Below are positions 54,531-64,000 of a stretch of 64,000 bases of DNA, in pieces (position 1 is the first letter of the stretch; each line of letters opens with the position of its first letter). Source of the stretch: Eledone cirrhosa. Lineage: Eukaryota. The stretch lies in contig OZ024743.1 in the NCBI GenBank assembly GCA_964016885.1, positions 205,530,001 through 205,594,000 on the forward strand, given 5' to 3'. Both the position numbers and the translations under genes were made by a program. Below the pieces are notes generated by a model, which saw only the letters and a list, made by a program, of their open reading frames with translations, searched no databases and was not told where the DNA came from.

Positions 54531-57500
54531 TTTTTTACAAATTATCTCCCCCTGATTTTTTTTTTACAAATTATCTCCGCCTGATTTTTTTGAAATTATC
54601 TCCCCTTGGCTGGATGGAAATTATCTCCCCTTGGACGGCTGGAAATTATCTCCCCTTGCACGGCTGGAAATTATCTTCCCTTGGACGGCTAGAAATTACC
54701 TCTCCTTGGACGGCTGAAAATTATCTCCCCTTGGACGGCTGGAAATTATCTCCCCCTGATTTTTTTTACAAATTATCTCCCCTTGCACGGCTGGAAATTA
54801 TCTCCCCTTGGACGGCTGGAAATTATCTGCCCTTGATATTGTTTTTACAAATTATCTCCCCCTGATTTTTTTTACAAATTATCTCCACCTGATATTTTAA
54901 AAAATTATCTCCCTTGGACGGGTGGAAATTATCTCCCCTTGGACGGCTTGAAATTATCTCCCCTTGGACGGCTAGAAATTACCTCTCCTTGGACGGCTGA
55001 AAATTATCTCCCCTTGATTTTTTTTACAAATTATCTCCCCCTGATTTTTTTTTTTACAAATTATCTCCCCCTGATTTTATTTTACATATTATCTACCCCT
55101 GATTTTTTTTTACAAATTATCTCCACCTGATCTTTTTTACAAATTATCTCCCCCTGATTTTTTTTTTACAAATTATCTCCCCCTGATTTTTTTACAAATT
55201 ATCTCCCCCTAATTTATTTTACAAATTATCTCCGCCTGATTTTTTTAAATATTAACTTCCCTTGGCTGGCGGGAAATAATCTCCCCTTGGAAGGATGGAA
55301 ATTATCTCCCCTTGGACGGCTGGAAATTATCTCCCCTTGCACGGCTGGAAATTATCTCCCCTTGGACGGCTGGAAATTATCTCCCCTTGGCTGGAAATTA
55401 TCTCCCCTTGGACGGCTAGAAATTATCTCTCTTTGGACGGCTGGAAATTATCTCCCCTTGATTTTTTTTACAAATTATCTCCCCCTGATTTTTTTTACAA
55501 ATCTCCCAGTGATTTTTTAAAAAAAATTATCTCCCTTTCGCTGGCTGGAAATTATCTCCCCTTGGACGCTGGAAATTATAGCCCCTTGGAGGGCTGGAAA
55601 TTATCTTCCCTTGGACGGCTGGAAATTATCTCCCCTTGATTTTTTTTACATATTATCTCCCCCTGATTTTTTTTTACAAATTATCTCCCCGATTTTTTTT
55701 ACAAACTATCTCCCCCTGATTTTTTTTTTACAAATTATCTCCGCCTGATTTTTTTTTAAAATTATCTCCCCTTGGACGGCTGGAAATTATCTCCCCTTGG
55801 ACGGCTGGAAATTATCTCCCCTTGGACGGCTAGAAATTACCTCTCCTTGGACGGCTGAAAATTATCTCCCCTTGGACGGCTGGAAATTATCTCCCCTTGA
55901 TTTTTTTTACAAATTATCTCCCCCTGATTTTTTTTTACAAATTATCTCCCCCTGATTTTTTTTTTATAAATTATCTCCCCCTGATTTTTTTTACAAATTA
56001 TCTCCCCCTGATTTTTTTACAAATTATCTCCCCTTGGCTGGCTGGAAATTATCTCCCCTTGGAGGCTGGAATTTATCTCCCCTTGGACGGCTGGAAATTA
56101 TCTCCCCTTGGACGGCTAGAAATTACCTCTCCTTGGACGGCTGGAAATTATCTCCCCTTGAACGGCTGGAAATTATCTCCCCTTGGACGGCTGGAAATTA
56201 TCTCCCCTTGGACGGCTGGAAATTATCTCCCCTTGGACGGCTAGAAATTACCTCTCCTTGGACGGCTGGAAATTATCTCCCCTTGGACAGCTGGAAATTA
56301 TCTCCCCTTGGACGGCTGGAAATTATTTCCCCTTGATTTTTTTTTTCAAATTATCTCCCCCTGATTTTTTTTACAAATCTCCCCCTAATTTAAAAAAAAA
56401 TTATCTCCCCTTCGCTGGCTGGAAATTATCTCCCTTTGGACGGCTGGAAATTATAGCTGCTTGTAGGGCTAGAAATTATCTCCCCTTGGACGGCTGGAAA
56501 TTATCTCCCCTTGATTTTTTTTACTAATTATCTCCCCCTGATTTTTTTTTACAAATATCTCCCCTTGGCTGCCTGGAAATTATCTCCCCTTGGCAGGCTG
56601 GAAATGATCTCCCCTTGGACGGCTGGAAATTATCTCCTCTTGGACGCCTAGAAATTACCTCTCCTTGGACAGCTGTAAATTATCTCCCCTTGGACGGCTG
56701 GAAATTATCTCGCCTTGGACGGCTGGAAATTATCTCCCCTTGATTTTGTATACAAATTATCTCCCCCTGATTTTTTTTTACAAATTATCTGCCCCTGATT
56801 ATTTTTTTACAAATTAGCTCCGCCTGATTTTTTTTTTAAATTATCTCCCCTTGGACGGCTGGAAATTATCTCCCCTTGGACGGCTGGAAATTATCTCCCC
56901 TTGAACGGCTAGAAATTACCTCTCCTTGGACGGCTGAAAATTATCTCCCCTTGGACGGCTGGAAATTATCGCCCCCTGATTTTTTTTAACAAATTATCTC
57001 CACCTGATTTTTTTTACAAATCATCTCCGCCTGATTTTTTTAAAAAATTATCTCCCTTTCGCTGGCTGGAAATTATCTCCCCTTGGACGCTGGAAATTAT
57101 AGCCCCTTGGACGGCTGGAAATTATCTCCCCTTGATTTTTTTTACATATTATCTCCCCCTGATTTTTTTTTACGAATTATCTCCCCGATTTTTTTTTACA
57201 AATTATCTCCCCCTGATTTTTTTTTACAAATTATCTCCGCCTGATTTTTTTAAAAAAATTATCTCCCCTTGGACGGCTGGAAATTATCTCCCCTTGAACG
57301 GCTGGAAATTATCTCCCCTTGGACGGCTGGAAATTATCTCCCCTTGGACGGCTGGAAATTATCTCCCCTTGGACGGCTAGAAATTACCTATCCTTGGACG
57401 GCTGGAAATTATCTCCCCTTGGACGGCTGGAAATTATCTCCCCTTGGACGGCTGGAAATTATTTCCCCTTGATTTTTTTTACAAATTATCTCCCCCTGAT

Positions 57501-58930
57501 TTTTTTTACAAATCTCCCCCTAATTTAAAAAAAAATTATCTCCCCTTCGCTGGCTGGAAATTATCTCCCTTTGGACGGCTGGAAATTATAGCTGCTTGTA
57601 GGGCTGGAAATTATCTCCCCTTGGACGGCTGGAAATTATCTCCCATTTATGTCTTCTACAAATTATCTACCCCTGATTTTTTTTTTACAAATTATCTCCG
57701 CCTGATTTTTTTTTACAAATTATCTGCGCCTGATTTTTTTTTACAAATTAGCTCCGCCTGATTTTTTAAAAAATTATCTCCCCTTGGACGGCTGGAAATT
57801 ATCTCCCCTTGGACGGCTGGAAATTATCTCCCCTTGGACGGCTAGAAATTATCTCTCTTTGGACGACTGGAAATTATCTCCCCTTGGACGGCTGCAAATT
57901 ATCTCCCCTTGATTTTTTTTACAAATTATCTCCCCCTGATTTTTTTTACAAATTATCTCCCCCTGATTTTTTTTTACAAATTATCTACCCCTGATTTTTT
58001 TACAAATTATCTCCCCCTGATTTTTTTTTACAAATTATCTCCCCCTGATTTTTTTTACAAATTATCTCCCCCTGATTTTTTTTTACAAATTATCTCCCCC
58101 TGATTTTTTTACAAATTATCTCCCCCTGATTTTTTTAAAAATTATCTTCCCTGGGCTGGCGGGAAATTATCTCCCCTTGGACGGCTGGAAATTATCTTCC
58201 CTTGCACGGCTGGAAATTATCTCCCCTTGGACAGCTGGAAATTATCTGCCCTTGATTTTGTTTTTACAAATTATCTCCCCCTGATTTTTTTTACAAATTA
58301 TCTCCACCTGATTTTTTAAAAAATTATCTCCCCTTGGACGGCTGGAAATTATCTCCCCTTGGCTGGAAATTATCTCCCCTTGGACGGCTAGAAATTATCT
58401 CTCTTTGGACGGCTGGAAATAATCTCCCTTTGATTTTTTTACAATTTATCTCCCTCTGATTTTTTTTACAAATCTCCCCCTGATTTTTTTAAAAAAATTA
58501 TCTCCCCTTCGCTGGCTGGAAATTATCTCCCCTTGGACACTTGAAATTATATCCCCTTGGAGGGCTGGAAATTATCTTCCCTTGGACGGCTGGAAATTAT
58601 CTCCCCTTGATTTTTTTTACAAATTATCTCCCCCTGATTTTTTTTACAAATTATCTGCCCCTGATTTTTTTTTACAAATTATCTCCGCCTGATTTTTTTT
58701 TAAATTATCTCTCCTTGGACGGCTGGAAATTATCTCCCCTTGATTTTTTTTACAAATTATCTCCCCCTGATTTTTTTTTACAAATTATCTACCCCTGATT
58801 TTTTTTTACAAATTATCTCCCCCTGATTTTTTTTACAAATTATCTCCCCCTGATTTTTTTTTTACAAATTATCTCCCCCTGATTTTTTTACAAATTATCT
58901 CCCCCTGATTTTTTTTTCAAATTATCTCCG

Positions 58931-61900
58931 CCTGATTTTTTTAAATATTATCTTCCCTTGGCTGGCGGGAAATTATCTCCCCTTGGACGGCTGGAAATTA
59001 TCTCCCCTTGGAAGGATGGAAATTATCTCCCCTTGGACGGCTGGAAATTATCTCCCCTTGCACTGCTGGAAATTATCTCCCCTTGGACGGCTGGAAATTA
59101 TCTCCCCTTGGCTGAAAATTATCTCCCCTTGGACGGCTAGAAATTATCTCTCTTTGGACGGCTGGAAATTATCTCCCCTTGATTTTTTTTACAAATTATC
59201 TCCCCCTGATTTTTTTACAAATCTCCCAGTGTTTTTTTTTAAAAATTATCTCCCCTTCGCTGGCTGGAAATTATCTCCCCTTGGACGCTGGAAATTATAG
59301 CCCCTTGGAGGGCTGGAAATTATCTTCCCTTGGACGGCTGGAAATTATCTCCCCTTGATTTTTTTTACAAATTATCTCCCCCTGATTTTTTTTACAAATT
59401 ATCTCCCCCTGATTTTTTTTTACAAATTATCTCCCCCTGATTTTTTTTACAACTTATCTCCGCCTGATTTTTTAAAAAAAATTATCTCCCCTTGGACGGC
59501 TAGAAATTACCTCTCCTTGGACGGCTGAAAATTATCTCCCCTTGGACGGCTGCAAATTATCTCCCCTTGATTTTTTTTACAAATTATCTCCCCCTGATTT
59601 TTTTTTACAAATTATCTCCCCCTGATTTTTTTTACAAATTATCTCCCCCTGATTTTTTTTTACAAATTATCTCCCCCTGATTTATTTTACAAATTATATC
59701 CCCTTGGCTGGCTGGAAATTATCTCCCCTTGGAGGCTGGAATTTATCTCCCCTTGGACGGCTAGAAATTACCTCTCCTTGGACGGCTGGAAATTATGTCT
59801 CCTTGGACGGCTAGAAATTACCTCTCCTTGGACGGCTGAAAATTATCTCCCCTTGGACGGCTGGAAATTATCTCCCCTTGATTTTTTTTACAAATTATCT
59901 CCCCCTGATTTTTTTTTACAAATTATCTCCCCCTGATTTTTTTTACAAATTATCTCCCCCTGATTTTTTTTTACAAATTATCTCCCCCTGATTTTTTTTA
60001 CAAATTATATTCCCTTGGCTGGCTGGAAATTATCTCCCCTTGGAGGCTGGAATTTATCTCCCCTTGGACGGCTAGAAATTACCTCTCCTTGGACGGCTGG
60101 AAATTATGTCTCCTTGGACGGCTGGAAATTATCTCCCCTTGGACGGCTGGAAATTATCTCCCCTTGGACGGCTGGAAATTATCTCCCCTTGGACGGCTAG
60201 ATATTACCTCTCCTTGGACGGCTGGAAATTATCTGCCCTTGGACGGCTGGAAATTATCTCCCCTTGGACGGCTGGAAATTATTTCCCCTTGATTTTTTTT
60301 ACAAATTATCTCCCGCTGATTTTTTTTTACAAATCTCCACCTAATTAAAAAAAAAATTATCTCCCCTTCGCTGGCTGGAAATTATCTTGCTTTGGACGGC
60401 TGGAAATTATAGCCGCTTGTAGGGCTGGAAATTATCTCCCCTTGGACGGCTGGAAATTATCTCCCCTTGATTTTTTTTACTAAGTATCTCACCCTGATTT
60501 TTTTTTACAAATTATCTCCGCCTGATTTTTAAAAAAAAATTATCTCCCCTTGGCTGGATGGAAATTATCTCCCCTTGGACGGCTGGAAATTATCTTCCCT
60601 TGATTTCTTCTACAAATTATCTACCCCTGATTTTTTTTTTACAAATTATCTCTCCCTGATTTTTTTTTACAAATATCTCTCCTTGGCTGGCTGGAAATTA
60701 TCTCCCCTTGGCTGGCTGGAAATTATCTCCCCCTGATATTTTTTTACAAATTAGCTCCCCCTGATTTTTTTTACAAATTATCTCCCCCTGATTTTTTTCA
60801 CAAATTATCTCCCCCTGATTTTTTTTACAAATTATCTCCCCTGATTTTTTTAAATATTATCTTCCCTTGGCTGGCGGGAAATTATCTCCCCTTGGACGGC
60901 TGGAAATTATCTCCCCTTGGAAGGATGGAAATTATCTCCCCTTGGACGGCTGGAAATTATCTCCCCTTGCACTGCTGGAAATTATCTCCCCTTGGACGGC
61001 TGGAAATTATCTCCCCTTGGCTGAAAATTATCTCCCCTTGGACGGCTAGAAATTATCTCTCTTTGGACGGCTGGAAATTATCTCCCCTTGATTTTTTTTA
61101 CAAATTATCTCCCCCTGATTTTTTTACAAATCTCCCAGTGTTTTTTTTTTTAAATTATCTCCCCTTCGCTGGCTGGAAATTATCTCCCCTTGGACGCTGG
61201 AAATTATAGCCCCTTGGAGGGCTGGAAATTATCTTCCCTTGGACGGCTGGAAATTATCTCCCCTTGATTTTTTTTACAAATTATCTCCCCCTGATTTTTT
61301 TTACAAATTATCTCCCCCTGATTTTTTTTTACAAATTATCTCCCCCTGATTTTTTTTACAACTTATCTCCGCCTGATTTTTTAAAAAAAATTATCTCCCC
61401 TTGGACGGCTAGAAATTACCTCTCCTTGGACGGCTGAAAATTATCTCCCCTTGGACGGCTGCAAATTATCTCCCCTTGATTTTTTTTACAAATTATCTCC
61501 CCCTGATTTTTTTTTACAAATTATCTCCCCCTGATTTTTTTTACAAATTATCTCCCCCTGATTTTTTTTTACAAATTATCTCCCCCTGATTTTTTTTACA
61601 AATTATATCCCCTTGGCTGGCTGGAAATTATCTCCCCTTGGAGGCTGGAATTTATCTCCCCTTGGACGGCTAGAAATTACCTCTCCTTGGACGGCTGGAA
61701 ATTATGTCTCCTTGGACGGCTAGAAATTACCTCTCCTTGGACGGCTGAAAATTATCTCCCCTTGGACGGCTGGAAATTATCTCCCCTTGATTTTTTTTAC
61801 AAATTATCTCCCCCTGATTTTTTTTTACAAATTATCTCCCCCTGATTTTTTTTACAAATTATCTCCCCCTGATTTTTTTTTACAAATTATCTCCCCCTGA

Positions 61901-62750
61901 TTTTTTTTACAAATTATATTCCCTTGGCTGGCTGGAAATTATCTCCCCTTGGAGGCTGGAATTTATCTCCCCTTGGACGGCTAGAAATTACCTCTCCTTG
62001 GACGGCTGGAAATTATGTCTCCTTGGACGGCTGGAAATTATCTCCCCTTGGACGGCTGGAAATTATCTCCCCTTGGACGGCTGGAAATTATCTCCCCTTG
62101 GACGGCTAGATATTACCTCTCCTTGGACGGCTGGAAATTATCTGCCCTTGGACGGCTGGAAATTATCTCCCCTTGGACGGCTGGAAATTATTTCCCCTTG
62201 ATTTTTTTTACAAATTATCTCCCGCTGATTTTTTTTTACAAATCTCCACCTAATTAAAAAAAAAATTATCTCCCCTTCGCTGGCTGGAAATTATCTTGCT
62301 TTGGACGGCTGGAAATTATAGCCGCTTGTAGGGCTGGAAATTATCTCCCCTTGGACGGCTGGAAATTATCTCCCCTTGATTTTTTTTACTAAGTATCTCA
62401 CCCTGATTTTTTTTTACAAATTATCTCCGCCTGATTTTTAAAAAAAAATTATCTCCCCTTGGCTGGATGGAAATTATCTCCCCTTGGACGGCTGGAAATT
62501 ATCTTCCCTTGATTTCTTCTACAAATTATCTACCCCTGATTTTTTTTTTACAAATTATCTCTCCCTGATTTTTTTTTACAAATATCTCTCCTTGGCTGGC
62601 TGGAAATTATCTCCCCTTGGCTGGCTGGAAATTATCTCCCCCTGATATTTTTTTACAAATTAGCTCCCCCTGATTTTTTTTACAAATTATCTCCCCCTGA
62701 TTTTTTTCACAAATTATCTCCCCCTGATTTTTTTTACAAATTATCTCCCC
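58931..62750 (+). repeat. Near-perfect tandem duplication of 1,909 bp (58931-60839 and 60840-~62750)
   Basis: 58958/60867, 60015/61924, 60089/61998 and 60106/62015 all match at offset 1,909. I saw only a few differences, e.g. TTTATTTT at ~59692. Confidence 0.92.
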
Positions 62751-64000
62751 TGATTTAAAAAAAAAAATTATCTCCCCTTGGACGGCTGGAAATTATCTCC
62801 CCTTGGACGGCTGGAAATTATCGCCCCCTGATTTTTTTTTTACAAATTATCTCCACCTGATTTTTTTTACAAATCATCTCAGCCTGATTTTTTTAAAATA
62901 TTATCTCCCTTGGCTTGCTGGAAATTATCTCCCCTTGGACGGCTATAAATTATCTCTCCTTCGACCGCTGGAAATTATCTCCCCTTGATTTTTTTACAAA
63001 TTATCTCCCCCTGATTTTTTTTTACCAATCAACCCCTGATTTAAAAACAAAAATTATCTCCCCTTCGCTGGCTGGAAATTATCTCCCCTTGGACGGCTGG
63101 AAATTATCTCCCCATGATTTTTTTTACAAATTATCTACCCCTGATTTTTTTACAAATTATCTCCCCCTGATTTTTTTTACAAATTATCTCCCCCTGATTT
63201 TTTTTTTTACAAATTATCTCCGCCTGATTTTTTTAAAATTATCTCCCCTTGGCTGGATGGAAATTATCTCCCCTTGGACGGCTGGAAATTATCTCCCCTT
63301 GGAAGGATGGAAATTATCTCCCCTTGGACGGCTGGAAATTATCTCCCCTTGCACGGCTGGAAATTATCTCCCCTTGGACGGCTAGAAATTACCTCTCCTT
63401 GGACGGCTGAAAATTATCTCCCCTTGGACGGCTGGAAATTATGTCCACCTGATTTTTTTTTACAAATCATCTCCGCCTGATTTTTTTAAAAACTTATCTC
63501 CCTTGGCTTGCTGGAAATTATCTCCCCTTGGACGGCTATAAATTATCTCTCCTTCGACGGCTGGAAATTATCTCCCCTTGATTTTTTTACAAATTATCTC
63601 CCCCTGATTTTTTTTTACCAATCTACCCCTGATTTAAAAAAAAAATTATCTCTCCTTCGCTGGCTGGAAATTATCTCCCCTTGGACGGCTGGAAATTATC
63701 TCCCCTTGATTTTTTTTACAAATTATCTACCCCTGATTTTTTTACAAATTATCTCCCCCTGATTTTTTTTTACAAATTATCTCCCCTTGATTTTTTTTTT
63801 TTTACAAATTATCTCCGCCTGATTTTTTTTAAATTATCTCCCCTTGGCTGGATGGAAATTATCTCCCCTTGGACGGCTGGAAATTATCTCCCCTTGCACG
63901 GCTGGAAATTATCTTCCCTTGGACGGCTAGAAATTACCTCTCCTTGGACGGCTGAAAATGATCTCCCCTTGGACGGCTGGAAATTATCTCCCCCTGATTT

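Larger units (their letters stand above)
1..64000. repeat. Composite two-monomer satellite array (25-bp type A and ~27-bp type B, shared core AAATTATCTCCCCYTG), extending beyond both window edges
   Basis: The core AAATTATCTCCCC, or a close variant, recurs every ~21-29 bp from the first to the last line. It is followed by either GACGGCTGG (A) or A-Tn-AC (B). I saw no unique sequence and no reverse-orientation copy. Confidence 0.99.
43868..64000 (+). repeat. Large higher-order repeat, copy 3 (>20 kb, more rearranged, truncated by the window end)
   Basis: It begins like copies 1 and 2 (43976, 44157, 45085), then matches 4983 at 48239, 34895 at 51791, 35365 at 52262, 13509 at 57809, 14578 at 58958 and 21508 at 62915, with extra segments in between. 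Confidence 0.75.

Noticed and set aside
109-63762. Numerous + strand ORFs with repeating peptides (LEIISPWTAGNYLPLDGWKLSPLGR)
   Set aside because: The 25-bp A monomer has no stop codon in any frame, so three monomers give this 25-aa cycle in all frames. The ORFs overlap, mostly start at TTG, and are broken by T-tract length changes. The minus strand has no ORFs because the core contains TAA there. There is no sign of coding constraint.
1-64000. CRISPR-like repeat-spacer appearance
   Set aside because: The 'spacers' are only ~9-13 bp and fall into two recurring classes rather than being unique. The repeat is 16 bp, and no cas genes or leader are present.
1-64000. Telomeric repeat or canonical G-quadruplex array (G4-5 runs on the minus strand)
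   Set aside because: G-runs are ~21 nt apart, much longer than typical G4 loops. Two interspersed monomers with inherited multi-kb duplications fit recombinational satellite evolution better than telomerase synthesis, though a subtelomeric location cannot be excluded.
1-64000. Assignment to a taxon, to a centromere, or to the internal repeats of a transposon such as a Helentron or MITE
   Set aside because: No element termini or flanking sequence lie in the window, and I cannot run a database search, so any such assignment would be unsupported.

Overview
The whole 64 kb window is one uninterrupted, head-to-tail satellite array of roughly 2,450 monomers (64 kb / ~26 bp), all in the same orientation. 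I see no gene, RNA gene, transposon or unique sequence. Two monomer types share a 16-bp core, AAATTATCTCCCC(T/C)TG. Type A is 25 bp (GACGGCTGG-AAATTATCTCCCCTTG) and type B is ~26-29 bp (A-T7..10-AC-AAATTATCTCCCCCTG). Short runs of A and B alternate, with stereotyped junction monomers between them. Diagnostic variants define nested higher-order structure: modules of a few hundred bp, local tandem duplications (0.9, 1.2, 1.9, 2.3, 2.9 and 5.2 kb), and a large repeat whose marker recurs at ~111, ~28107 and ~43978. All supplied ORFs are best explained as artefacts of the stop-free 25-bp A monomer. The sequence looks like eukaryotic satellite DNA (inference), but I cannot assign the organism or a function. 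What is interesting here is the architecture, not a coding system.
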